A stretch of 63,953 nt of DNA, the filler included, from Craspedostauros australis (Eukaryota), in the NCBI GenBank assembly GCA_030167865.1. It is 9 parts of 9 records of this genome, joined end to end, with 100 filler letters (N's around TTAATTAATTAA, not from the genome) between each part and the next. Parts side by side here need not be neighbours in the genome. Positions count along the whole stretch, not along the records: positions 43,728 to 46,759 come from JALAGF010005703.1; positions 46,860 to 57,829 come from JALAGF010005704.1; positions 57,930 to 61,557 come from JALAGF010005705.1; 6 more parts are not named here. One strand, given 5' to 3'. The translations under genes and the position numbers were made by a program. How positions within the stretch are numbered: the stretch's first letter is position 1; each line of letters starts with the position of its first letter. This document shows positions 46,444 to 59,268 of this stretch, piece by piece. The notes beneath the pieces were generated by a model. That model made no database searches, was not told the DNA's origin, and saw only the letters and a list, made by a program, of their open reading frames with translations.

Positions 46444-46803
46444 GCCTGTCCTGTCTCATGCGTGTCGCACACCCATGTCGTGTGGGTGTCTATCCTAACG
46501 CACTCCACATAGAGGCACATGGTGAGTCGCACGCGAGCTCAACGATTCCCTGACGAAACGGCGCACCTGGTGAAGAGCCATCACGCCACGTCAGGGTGCA
46601 CGTGCATTGTCGGAGGCGTGCGCGACGCAGGCCGAAGAACCATGTGTATCGTCAATCGTCGACTCACAGGAACCATGTTTAGCGTACGTTGAGCGTTGAG
46701 TCTAGTGTGCTTCAACTATACACCAACCATTGTAGATATATACTCGTAATAAACATATANNNNNNNNNNNNNNNNNNNNNNNNNNNNNNNNNNNNNNNNN
46801 NNN

Positions 46804-46815
46804 TTAATTAATTAA
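46804..46815. other. Artificial scaffold spacer TTAATTAATTAA
   Basis: Six-frame stop 12-mer flanked by N runs. Confidence 0.97.
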
Positions 46816-46859
46816 NNNNNNNNNNNNNNNNNNNNNNNNNNNNNNNNNNNNNNNNNNNN

Positions 46860-49670
46860 GGTCCAAGAGTACGGCATCGACTTGCGGGAGAGGACGCCAA
46901 CTACCATTCGAGCGTGGGAGAAGGAGGAATGGCTGATGCCGGCGCTGCGCGGAGCAGGGTACACAAGAGCGCAACTGGAGCGTCTGAATCGATGCAGGGT
47001 AAAAATGCAGGTGATGACGACTGGGGACGTGGCGTGCGCGGAAGTAGAGCTCCCTCCAGAGACGGCACGCGGCCGATGGCGAGGACGAGCTAGCATAGCT
47101 TGGCCGCGGCAAGGACCAATACCGGACCAAGACTGGAGGTTGTGGGGGCGAGCGATACGCAGAGTTCGAAGACAGCTCTCGACAGACGGCCGAATGGTGG
47201 CGCCACCGGAAGCTCTATGGGAGGTGCGCACAAGCGCAGTGTGGACCAGGGAGAGCGGGGGTCGTTGGCAGAAGTGGGCGGCACGAGCTGGCGACGACCC
47301 AGGATTACAGGGATTCTGGCGCCAAGGGCAACCCACAGAACTGGCAGCAACGCAGGGACGCCAAGTATGGCTCCGACAACGGGATGAACAGGTATACGTG
47401 GTGGGAGTGGGCAGATGGTGGAGACAACCGAGCGGGGCCGTGAGGTCGGAGTTCGGGGAAGCCGCAGAGAAGTGGGTCCAGGCAGCACGAGAAGGTAGAG
47501 CTGTTATCAGCACCGATGGGTCGTTTAAGGACGGCAGGAGCACGGCGGCTTTCTCGTTGAACGTGCGAGGGCAACGTGATGGATGTTTACAGATGGCGGG
47601 GCCGGTGCAAGGAAGACAAGCAATACAAAGCGCGTACCGAGCAGAGCTAGGTGGCATATACCAAGCCCTGGNNNNNNNNNNNNNNNNNNNNNNNNNNNNN
47701 NNNNNNNNNNNNNNNNNNNNNGGGACGCCAAGTATGGCTCCGACAACGGGATGAACAGGTATACGTGGTGGGAGTGGGCAGATGGTGGAGACAACCGAGC
47801 GGGGCCGTGAGGTCGGAGTTCGGGGAAGCCGCAGAGAAGTGGGTCCAGGCAGCACGAGAAGGTAGAGCTGTTATCAGCACCGATGGGTCGTTTAAGGACG
47901 GCAGGAGCACGGCGGCTTTCTCGTTGAACGTGCGAGGGCAACGTGATGGATGTTTACAGATGGCGGGGCCGGTGCAAGGAAGACAAGCAATACAAAGCGC
48001 GTACCGAGCAGAGCTAGGTGGCATATACCAAGCCCTGGTGGTGGCTGACAGAATGCTTCGGGAATCCGGCACAGAGTGTGGTGCTTCTGCGGCGACAGTT
48101 GTGGTCGCCTGCGACAACCGCATGGCCGGCATCCATGCCGTGGAATACGATCGCGATGTACACATAGGAGTCCAGCACTTCGACCTCTTGAGGGCGATAC
48201 GACAGGTGACAAGGACGATACCAGCAAAACTCGAGTATCGACATGTGTATGGTCACCAGCTGGAGCGCGATCGTGGCGTCGCGAGAGACGAGTTTGCCTA
48301 CTGGAATGACGACGTTGATCGCCTGGCTGGAATGGAGCAGAAAAGCCACAAGAGCAGCACAGACGGCGAGTGGAGAGATGATGAGTGGTCGGTGTGGCTT
48401 CGGTCATGTAAAGTGTGTCGAGGTGTGAAGACTGAACTTCGGCGCCATGTCCAGAGTGCGAAGACGTGGGCGTGGCAGCGCAAAACCAAGAAGATGTCGG
48501 CGGAGGTGATCGAGCGCATCGACGTGGAGTCGGTTCAGGCAGCTATGGGGCGCATAGGCAGTGCGCGAAAACGATGGGTGGTGAAGCATGCCGCAGGGTT
48601 CGGGCCAGTGGGGCGTAATATGGCGAAGTGGGGGTTCTGGGCGAGCAGCGAGTGCCCGATTTGTCGCGACGAAGAAGAGACGATAGAGCATATATTGCAG
48701 TGCCGGCACCCCGCAGCAATGGCAGTGAGGGAAGCTGCGCTTTCCGAATGGAAGGACAACATGCTGCAGTCCGGAGGAGATGTGGGCATGGTGAGTGAAA
48801 TGGTGCGCCAAATCAGGAGCTGGTGCAATAAGGAGGAGCCGGAGCCAAGAGCACAGCGAGTGGTCCAAGAGGCCGTTAACGATCAGCAGGCGATCGGGTG
48901 GGGGATGATGACGAGAGGGAGGTGGTCCAAGAGGTGGCGACAGGTTCAGTCAGCTCGAATGGAGATCGAGGCAAGGCCCATGAAACCGGCAAACTGGATG
49001 GGAGCGGCAGTCGCAGGACTGTGGGACGTGCGATGGAAAGCCTGGGAGGCGCGAAACAGGGTGCTACATGACCGGGAAGGGCGCAAGCGCGAAGCAGCTG
49101 AGACGGTAGCAGTGTGCAGGATGGTGAATCAGCAGTGGGAGATGAGGGATGCAGACATTATGGCGGCGGATCGTGGGCTGCTAGCGAATGTTACACGGAA
49201 CGAACTCGCAAGGTGGCCCGTGGACGACCAGCGCCGATGGGTGAGGCATGTGCAGGCAGCGCGGAGCGCGGCCAGAGCAGCCAGCGAGCGGAGGAGCGTA
49301 GTGGAAAGCGAGGCACGCGGAGAGAGCCAATGACTTGCGAACGACGCGAGACGGCAACGACGAGGGCGGAGCAGGAGCAAGCGACGGTTTGCTGCGGCTT
49401 CAGGTGACGGAAGGGCAAGAAAGCGACGACGTGGAGGACGGATCGGTATATGAGGCAAGTGAAGAGCATGGCGGGCGCAAGCCGGATGCCCAGTGCGGTA
49501 TGTTAGATGGCCCATGGAGCTGGCAAACCATGGTAGACTAGGTAGTGAGAGACCCAGTGCAGTCGTTCCAGCGCAATCGGCCTTTGGCTCGTTGTATGCG
49601 GTCGACTCTAAAGCCTTCGAGGCAACCCTGTGCGCAGGGGATATTCAGTGAGTTATTATTATTATTATTA
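46860..49670 (+). mobile_element. Non-LTR retrotransposon (LINE) 3' part: ORF with RNase H and zf-RVT-like zinc knuckle (stop at 49333), 3' UTR, (TTA)6 tail
   Basis: RNase H motifs STDGSFK, SAYRAELGG, VACDN, RHVYGHQ, WNDDVDRLA; CPICRDEEETIEHILQC; LWDVRWKAWEARNRVLH; TTA x6 at 49653-49670. 47355-47671 is duplicated at 47722-48038. Confidence 0.9.
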
Positions 49671-52600
49671 CATTGAGTTCAGTGAATCAAGTGGGTTTTG
49701 AGTCGGTAATGATTCATGAATGAGCGTGGGAGAAGGAGGTAAAATATGTACTTTCCGTATTTGTAGGCGTAGAGTTTCGCTCCATAATTGGCGCGCCAAA
49801 AACAATGTCATAGTGCGACATTGGAGACACTAAGTGGAAAGTAGTCTGTTCTTCAGATGAACTTCAACTATTCTAAAACATCTAAAAACAAAAGAATTGC
49901 CAGACATACCCCACAAATAGCTGATGTTGTCTTTCGTTTGCTCGCTTGGATTCGCGCAGCACGATCATTCACGCGGAAGCCGATGCAATTCGAGTATCAA
50001 CCGCTCTTGTATGTGGGAGCTATTGGAGTGTTGTAACTTCCCATCCTGAACAGCGTTATTCTTTCGGTCGACGTTATCAGCTCGATGTTGCGGGTTGGGC
50101 GTTCGACACCAAGTCAGGCCCATCGCTTGCCGTCGAGGCATCTTGAATCTGCGACGATGGTCGCAATCGGCGTGACGGTGCAGCGGTACTGACGTCCCAT
50201 CCATCCAGCAATCCATCCAGCAATCCATTGTCGAAATGGGGAGCGACGTACTCGTAGATGTCGCGCACTGCCCCGGAATGAGACGGCCCGCAGCATCGCA
50301 TGTCCGACGCGACTGTTTGAGTCCTGTAACGCGTGTGATAGACCTCATCTTGCGCGCGTCTTTCAACGTTGGTGGAGGTTGGCATTTCAGAAGATCCATA
50401 CTTCGGCAGTGCGTCGGCAATGGTGGATGGGAAGTTGGGGATTGCTGGACGCTCTGATCGCCGCTCTGATCGCAAGCCGAATCATTTCCGAATGCACACG
50501 CTATACTCGTCAATATGAACAATTTCGAGACCGGCGTCTCGAAATCGGTCTTGCCTGCGTTACCTGATTCGGAAGGCCTCATGCGACGACGGGTGTTGAG
50601 GCTGCCGCCTTGCACGATCACCGTGGAGAGATATTGGCCAGCGTACGTATCGTTCTTGCTCAGCAACGTCTCAACCAAGAACGCAAGAGCTGCAAACAGT
50701 CTGCCCATGGCGACCTCTTCCGCTTCCGCGCTGTGCGACTTCGAGAGGTGGCGGTGAATGTATTGAAGGCACCCTGACTTCGGATGTAGCTTGCTAAGGC
50801 GATACGACCGACATGGCCCCCTGTGCTATGTCCTGGAGACGTATCCCTTTGCAGATGAGAGATGGAACGTTTCGTTGGGGGCATGGACGAATAGCGACGG
50901 TGGGCTTCAAGCGGAGGAATCGAAACAAGTGCGATTCCGTGAATTGCGGCAGCCACGCTTGCCTGGATCGCTGGTTGCTTGGCGCCAACTTTTTGTGAGG
51001 AAGTGAACCGCACAGCAGGAGGAGCCGCCGGCTCGTATTATTGGGCAGAGGTGGCGGCGGCGGTGATAACAAATGTGGAGTTCGCCTTGGATCATATCGA
51101 GACGTCGAGGAACGGGGGGAGAGGTGAAGACCGATCAGCAACAACAGCGTCGCTGTGGACTACGGGTTCGTTGGAGGGTAAAGTGGCCCGCAGCCACCCC
51201 GCTAAATAGTGGATCATCTACCGTGAGAATAGTGGGCGTGACGGTCTGATCGGCAGCATGCGCGCCCGAGCCGTCGCCGTTGGCGATGTGAGACGATGCG
51301 ATGTTCGTGGGCGCACCACCTCGGTAGTTTTGGCGCGCTTGCTGTCTCAGCTGGCTGCTACTTCGACCAGAGTCGTGTCGTGCGATGCACTTGATTGGTG
51401 CTTCAAGTGGGCAGAATGTTGCTGTCGTGAGAGGAGGGTGGTGAAGGAAACTGCTGAACAATATCGGTGCGTTCCTTCGGCGGCGGAAGTTTGGTACGTA
51501 CTTGTGCATCCGAAAGCAGCTTCGTTCCTTCTGCTCTTGCTGAGGCTGACACTCCTGGCAAGTCTATGTTCGGTACTGTGGTGACCAGCCATGGCTTTGT
51601 CTGTTTGCTTCGCGGGAGGTTCCTCAGCAGGATTCTATTTGCCAAGTTGGCGTCGGCCTGCTGCGCGAACTCTGGCATCCATTCTTTGGAAGGGACAGCT
51701 CGAGAGGACAACGCGGAGACCATGGAGTTGGCGCTGCCGCTGCCGCTGCTGCAGACTGAGTGAGTGGTGGCAAGAGTGTCACGACTGTTTCTGTTGCATC
51801 CACGGCGCGAGGATTGTCGAGCTCTCAGCTGGTCTTTGCTGGCGCCAGCAGCTCATCGCCTTGCCATTGAAGCAATGCCAGCAGCCGGTCATTTAGATGG
51901 AACAGGATTCATTCTGCTTCGGATGTGGGTTGCGGTGGCATCTTTGTCGCGCACCCTCCCTCTGCGACACTTGGATCTTGTGTTGACGAAGCAACAAGTA
52001 GCTTCTGCGGTTGCGCAAGTGTATTTCTTCGCGATTGTGACTGATGCCCACGTTGCTGGTATCTTTTTGGTGCTCGATCGGCTTCACATTTCGACGCCTT
52101 GCCACGAAGATTCGTTTTGTGTGTAATCAAGGGTGTCGAATGAATCAACCATTGTGCATCTCAAGTGATTTCGACCAAGCGACGGACCGACAAAAGCATC
52201 TAATCTTCGAACAACAATGAAATAACCACCGAACACTCTGCTCCGCTCTACTCGTGATGGGCAAGTACGAGCTATTCATACCAGGGTGAAGCCCTCAAAC
52301 CTTGCACCAGTGAAGTTGAGACGGACCAGGATGTCAACTGCGACCGAACTGCGACCCAACTGCGACCGAACTGGGAACGAAGAAGAACCCCCTCCGGATG
52401 CTGTTGGACTCTACATGTGTCCGTATGACTGTCATGATCAGAGCCCCAAAACGGTTACTCTATCGTGAACACTCACGACAGACAAGGAGTGTCACAGGAA
52501 GCACACTGCGATTTTGAAGCAAAGAGTAAAGTGGAGGAGAGTAGTTTACTTGATCGCAAAATTAATAGAATACGAGATATGCCAGTGTCCCAACAACTCG

Positions 52601-53822
52601 CGCAGAGTAGTTCCTCGTGATTGCGACGTGCTTCTCTCCCCCTATCCACCTCGCGACAGCGCGAGACTGCATTGCACAATCAGTGGCTTCGTAGGATAGC
52701 TCGTACCTCGTTGTTCGTAGAGTCCCATCGTGGGTACAAAGAGCAGATTGCGCTGTTGTGCAATTGAGACGCGATTGGTCTGCGGACAACCCTGGAGTGA
52801 TTCGCATAGCCATGCCATTCTAAAGTCAATAGACTCGGTCCGAGACGACCATTCAGGCGCTTGGATTGTGCGATGACACCATTGTGTTGCCGCTTGTTGG
52901 TGCTTCGTTGGGACCAGCTTATTCGAATTTGTTCACAATGACCGTACCACGACGTTGACAGCGATGTCGCCAGTATTTCCAGCGCCAGACATAATTGCCG
53001 AGCGCGTCGCGACTGCTTCTCCCACAAGGAGGCAAAAGCAGTGACCTGGACCAGTAGAACACAAAGAGTCGTGGATCACCCATCGACGACAGCTGTGACG
53101 ACGGGTCAAATGCACCAGCAACAAAAGTCAGCCAAAGAACAATAGAGTAGAGTAAATGCCACACTATACTCAACTCTGCTCTACTCTACTCTACTCAACT
53201 CTACTCGTAATTGTATTCGTATTCGTATCCATACCTACGTTGCGCTATTTATTGGTCTCTTCGTTGACACCGTTGACGGCGAACGCCGCAGCAACCTCAG
53301 CCCACATCGTTTACTCAGTCATTGGCGCCAGCGTGAAGGTGACAACAGAGCGAGGTGGGGCGAGGAATCGTTTGCGCTCAAACAGCAAGCACAGTGGCAA
53401 CCAAATCCAAACCGTCGCGCCTTGACCTGCTCACAGTATTCGCCAGCACACATTGCACTCATCACGTCCATTACGCTCACATTGACAACACCATCGACAC
53501 CTACAACACGAACATCATCATCCGTAACATCTCTGTGAGCACGATCAGTAAATCACTACGATTGTCAGTATCGGTGAACCAGAGAAAGCTACAAGCCAGA
53601 ATACAATCAGCATTCAAGGCCACCCTCGTGGGAACGCAACGGCTGCCGCAAATCAGAAACAGTTGCCACGGCATCGCAAGTCTCCATCCGACCGATTTCC
53701 AGACCAAGAGAGCAAACAATCCAGAAGATCCGATGCAGCAGTCAGCTACACTGATTGAGCCAAATCAGCCGTCTCCAGCTGTTGCGTTTCATTGTGTCCA
53801 ACAGATCCCAGCATTGACCATC

Positions 53823-54581
53823 ATGAGCGATGCATCACCCAAAGCTTCCTCCACATGCGAGAAGGGAGAAGCCACCGATAATCAAACGCCGCAAGCCACT
53901 ACACACACAGTAAGTCAGACATCCCCTTCATCGGCATCGCCGCTTAGGCAGGCGGGAAAGCAGGGAGTCGATGTTGCTTCGATGAAGACATTGGGGAACA
54001 CTGCACCAAGACTGATGGAGCGGATGAAACCTCTAGCAACGAGCTTCACGCCGGGCCCGTTCGACGTGATTTGCGGGATCGGGAAGGAAGCTAGGAACCA
54101 TATCGGCAACCTGAACTTCCGCAAACGGATTAAGAAATCCGTCGAGGACTACTCCAATGCCACCAATCGATCCCACAAGAGCAAGATTGTCATGGCCATC
54201 GTGAACGAGATTCGCAAGGGCAGTCCATTCGGTGGTTTCATCAAACATCAGGGTGGTAGATGGCACGAGGTCGGTGATTCGATCGCCCGTGAGAAGGTCG
54301 GTCAGTATCTCCGCGATTCGTTGAGCAATCGATACCGATCGTCATCGAAATCCAAGCGACAGAAACGATTGGAGTCTCTCGGGAAGATGGAAGAGAATCT
54401 CGTGGAGATACTGTCCCGCAATCATGACATCAAGGAAAGCATGGAGGATCTGAGCAGCAAGGCCAAGACTGGCTCTGAGAAAGACTTCACAAATTCGAAC
54501 ACCAAGATCTTAGAAGCCATCAAGAAGGATGAGCCCCTCCAATCGGAAGGTCACGATGTCATCAAAAAGGCTGGGCTGTAA
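53823..54581 (+). CDS. DUF6824 domain protein, about 252 aa (start may be upstream, e.g. 53733)
   Basis: FTPGPFDVICGIGKEARNHIGNLNFR..YSNA..KSKIVMAIVNEIR..GGFIK..WHEVGDSIAREKVGQYLRD. Confidence 0.88.
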   Translation: MSDASPKASSTCEKGEATDNQTPQATTHTVSQTSPSSASPLRQAGKQGVDVASMKTLGNTAPRLMERMKPLATSFTPGPFDVICGIGKEARNHIGNLNFRKRIKKSVEDYSNATNRSHKSKIVMAIVNEIRKGSPFGGFIKHQGGRWHEVGDSIAREKVGQYLRDSLSNRYRSSSKSKRQKRLESLGKMEENLVEILSRNHDIKESMEDLSSKAKTGSEKDFTNSNTKILEAIKKDEPLQSEGHDVIKKAGL

Positions 54582-55783
54582 CTGGATATAGTCTCAACCA
54601 ATATACTTGAAGATAGTTGTATGGGCGAATGACATGAACTGATGAGTTAATGAATGCTACAGTAGTGAAGAAATTACCAATGTAGATGTACGTGGACAGG
54701 TGAGCGCCGTGCGATTGGTGTTTGCATTGATCCTGATGGCAATGTTGATGTTACTGTCCACGGTGATGCTGAGATCATCGATGCTGGTTGTCATACTCGT
54801 GCTTGCGTGGAGGCCGAGCTCCAGATTGGTGCGAACCAGTATCATATACCAGTCCCAGCAAATGACACCAGCACGGAATGGAGGGCACGAACAGGTATTG
54901 CAATTGGGAACTAGCCGGAAGAACATCGAAGACCACAGATGAATTTGGATCGAGCGAAACAAGACATGGTCGACGCAAAGGCCGAACATCTGATTCTCCA
55001 GACCACGATCACAAGTGTAGAAGCAGGCTCACGAAGAACACAACGAAGGAACACTGTTGGATTCCGATGGTTCGTTGGCATTTCTTCGTTCCGATTGCTT
55101 ATGACATACGACACGGCCATGCCGATTGATGGAAGGTGATTGCCGTTTGGGTATAGTTAGACGTTATCGGCACGAGTCTTGCGACACTCCATCGGAGAAA
55201 TGGATGGGAACAACCCGTGCCATTGGTCCCCCACGCGCAAACAGAAGAGAGGCAATGTGAAGAACACACACACAAACGAAACACAAACGACTCACTGACA
55301 CACACACAAACGAATCACAAAAGCAATCGGATCAAAAGTGGAGAAATCAAGTTCCGAACCAAAACACACACGGCAGCCATCGCCTGTCATTGTGGGATGC
55401 ACCCACAATGAAGTTTTCTGTGCACCATCCACAACCATCAGGAACTTTCGCAACGGTAGGCGAAGGATCAATAACAACGACACAACAAGAGCAACAACAG
55501 TAACATCAGCATCGCGATACCCAAAGTATAGTCTTGAGGCAAGCATTCGACACGTGCACAAGTGCAAGCGCTTCCCCTCTTCATTGATCGGAATGCCAGT
55601 GACCAGAATGCCCTTGCTGACTTGAGGTGGTGCAGAGAGTTGGTCGCAGGCAGAGGACAGAGGACAGAGGACAGAGGGTTGGGGTTGACTTTGGTGCTGG
55701 AAACCAGAGCGCACACGCACGAGTAGACGCAAACAGACACCACCACCAACAACAGCCACACCATTCATCCAATAGTGGGCACC

Positions 55784-57821
55784 ATGGTCGGCATTACTCC
55801 CTCAGGCGGATCTCTGGACAACCAGTACCATCACAGAGTGCTCCAGGACCTCATCCGGGCGCTGCAGGATGATGAGCTCACCGACCTCACCCTGCAAGGA
55901 TCCGACGATTCCTTGGTCCTGGCCAACCGATTCCTGCTGGGAGCACGGTCGCCGGTGTTCAAGCGAATGCTCTACGGATCCTTCCAGGAATCGAAGCAAA
56001 CCATCATCTCCTTGCCGTACGAGCACGCAGTGCTGGAGGCCGTCGTGGAATGGTGCGGCTCGCACGAGATCTCCACCTTCCGAGTGGGCTTGGGACGCAA
56101 CGCCGCTTCGGCCAGACGTCTTGTGCAGCTGGTGCAGGCGGCGGACTTCTTGGAATTGACAGAGCTCGCTCGGCTGGTGACGCGGCTGACGCATGACCTC
56201 GCATCGAGGTACCCGCCGTTGGCCTGCGTCGTGTACGATCAAGTGGAGGATGTGGATCACTCGGCCGTCGGACAAGAGGCGATGCTCCTGTTGTACTGCC
56301 GTCCCTACGCCGCGCTGCCACCGTGCGGGGAGACGGATGGAGGTGTTGCGCAGCTGTCGGCCGAACGTCTCCACGGCCTCTTCTCCTCGAAGCACGTCCA
56401 GGCTGGCGAGTGGTTCCTGTTCCAGATGCTGCAGCAGTGGGTCGAGGCACAGCCCGACCCATCGCATGAGGATGTCGTCGAGGTCGCGAGGGCCTGTGCT
56501 GCTGAGATCACTCTGGAATGGATCGAACCGCAGGACCTGCTGGGTGCGGTCCTCAAGAGCCAATGGATCGCTCCCGACCTCATCACGGCCGCCATCACCC
56601 AGCAGGCGCTCAAGGCGTCGCAAGACAGGGTCTGGACGCTTTCATGTCGAGGACCGACCGTGGAACGCATCCTCGTGGAAGGGGCGGGACATGCCAATGC
56701 CAACGGCATCTACTACAGAATACCCGGGCTGGCGAACGGGCAGCTGTACTCCAAACGAGAGGTCGCCTGCGGTCAGCAATTCGTCTACACGCTCAGTTGC
56801 AAGCAGCTCAATCGCAAGAAGGTGGAATGCCGAATCTTCTCCAGCAAGCTCCTGACCCAAGACGGTGTGAGGAAGATCATGGACCTAGATGATGAAGACG
56901 ATGAGAACCCCCGGCAGTACCCCTTCCGTCCGCTGCTGCAGGTCATCCGTTGCGAGACGGTCATCACGGACGCCACGCCAACCTACATGTCCACGGGTCC
57001 ATCAGCATCGCTGGAGCGTCGCAAGAAGAGGAAGCTGCAAGTGAGTCGGCGTTGCTGCTCATGTCGCTGTTGCATGCGTGGATTGTGTCATCGTCGTTGT
57101 TGTTGCTGCTGCTGCTGCTACTACTGCCGCCGTCGTGATTGCTTTGAGTTGCACTCTACCTGCGGGCACTCCACTCCATACAACACCCAATGCATGATAC
57201 ATGATACATGATGGACTCCAACTCTCATTCTCACACACTCCGATTACCAAAACGTCAACAAATACACAGATCCTGTTGGTTTCCGACGGCGAACACTTCA
57301 TCACGGCGACCATGGCGCCGAAGCTGAGGAACAGCAACAGATCCAGCGACATCGGTCTCAACAGTCTCATCAAGCTGCTGTCATACGAAAAGTACATCCT
57401 GCAGGGCAAGGTGGCGATCCGAATCCACAAAGTATCGCTCGTCAGCCAGGATCCGGGGCACCAGTTCGGCCATCCCATCGATTACTACGACGATGATCAT
57501 CCCGCCATGCATGGGTCCGAGCACGCGGATGGCACGGACTCACCGGTCATCACAGAGACATCGGTGGAATCGCACATCGGTGCACAGCTCCAGCTGCAGC
57601 AGAGCCTGTCGCAAGATCCGCCCAGCGACTTGAGCGAGTCGGAGGAGAGCCTTTACTTCTCCGAAGAATCCTTGATCAGCCTCTACTCGTGCCAATACGC
57701 TGTCAGCCACGCGCCTGTGGATTCGAAGATCCCGCGGCAAGGCTGGAAGGTTGACAGTGATGGGAATGCGCCGACACCATTCTGCCGTTGGATACCAGCT
57801 GCCAAGGATGCCGAGGCATGA
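55784..57821 (+). CDS. BTB/POZ(-BACK-like) protein with an RPA70N-like OB-fold insertion, 602 aa, 2 exons
   Basis: Exons 55784-57040 and 57270-57821 (GTGAGT..CAG, phase 0). BTB: LTDLTLQG..ANRFLLGARSPVFKRMLYGSFQES..AADFLEL; BACK-like EWFLFQMLQQW..ITLEWIEPQDL. Confidence 0.88.
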
Positions 57822-57873
57822 GCTGCCGANNNNNNNNNNNNNNNNNNNNNNNNNNNNNNNNNNNNNNNNNNNN

Positions 57874-57885
57874 TTAATTAATTAA
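57874..57885. other. Artificial scaffold spacer TTAATTAATTAA
   Basis: Six-frame stop 12-mer flanked by N runs. Confidence 0.97.
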
Positions 57886-59268
57886 NNNNNNNNNNNNNNN
57901 NNNNNNNNNNNNNNNNNNNNNNNNNNNNNGAGAGGGAAGGAAAGAGGAGCAAGAAGAGTGGAGAGAAGCGAAGGGTGGAATGACACCAAACGAGTAAGTA
58001 CCGGTACGGTACCGTACGGTAAGGCAAGGTGGGGCGTTCTTCATATCTTCGGTTACTATGTCAGAGCATCAACCACCAACACATTGCCATTGCGAGTAGG
58101 TACTCGCATGTGGTCTGTCTCCACATCGGCACCAAGGGAGAGAAACAACCTGAGCAAGCCACATGACCTGCATGAGCAAGTATCTTCCTTTGAAACAAAC
58201 AAATCCAGAAGCTGGAGGTCACAAGTTTGAATTCAGTGATGAAGTGACGAAGCGACGGAGTGGCGAGGGAACAATCGAAATTCAATGCCACGTGTCCCAG
58301 AGTCTCCATGTCTGCATGACAGTGCGAGACAGCGTTGACATCTTCAACATCCTCCACAAGGTGGATCGGCTGAACAAATAGTCTCTTGTCCGGGATCTCT
58401 TTTTGTGGTCGCTCTTGAGATGTGTTGGTGTGTTGGTGTGTCGCGAGCGTGCTGTTCACAGACACGACACGGAAGGTTCCTGTTGTTGGAGTTTCTGTTT
58501 CGGAAGTGAAAATGTGAGGAGGTGAGAGCGATGACGTCACAGATAACGCCACGGATGGTGTGACGTGACCGAGGGAGGCTTCTCGTTCTTTCCGCTTCTC
58601 TTCTCACATTTCTTCTTCCGTTTCCATCGTCTGTTTGTGCTTTGCGCTTTGCACTTTGCACCTCCGGTGATCATGTCAGATGGGCTCTGTACCAGTAGTA
58701 GAATGGTATGATTGTGTACTAGGTAGAATATTCTATTCTATTAGTATGTTATTACTCTACTCGCGAGATATATGATCGTACCTCCTTCTCGTACCATCGA
58801 GCGCAATCCATGAAGTCATCTCTTGTCTGTCCTGTGGAGGGGAAGATTTGGTCACCATCATCACCATCACCATCACTTCCGCCTCGTCATTCCGCTGCAA
58901 CAATGAAGATGAAGTACGTATTCTGCTCACTCACACTCAGGCATTCCAAAAGCAGGTTCGGGCATGTCGAATCCACGACAACATCGAAGTGTTCAACACT
59001 GTGCTCTAACCAAAGACATGCTACGCACGTGCGGAGATGTTTGATCGTTCTTCATTCTATGTATTCACTATCACTATCGCTCTCTCCCTCTCTCTCTCGA
59101 GTTTTATATATGTACAATCATGAGCATGCACGGTGTATCTTTCGTTCTTTCGCTCTTCACATTGATGTATGGTCTGCACGCATGCTGCTTGATGCCGGTG
59201 CGCGCAAGCTGGAAAATTGATTGATGTCGATTGCGGACCGGAGTGTCCACNGCTTCGGCATAAAGAGC

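Noticed and set aside
46551..46759. Possible LTR (starts TGACG, has TATA-like and AATAAA motifs)
   Set aside because: Runs into the gap; no 3' end, TSD or second copy to confirm.
32291..48038. Apparent tandem duplications of 290-390 bp (32291/32697, 34135/34472, 35953/36388, 41977/42384, 47355/47722)
   Set aside because: Each pair flanks an N gap of about 50 nt and is near-identical, typical of unmerged overlaps or alleles in scaffolding rather than biological tandem repeats.
49788..49799. Palindrome TTGGCGCGCCAA resembling an E2F site
   Set aside because: No supported gene start nearby; a single short motif is expected by chance.
49946..53170. ORFs of 60-247 aa and an 11-bp triple repeat near 52336
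   Set aside because: No motifs, splice-consistent model or coding bias found.
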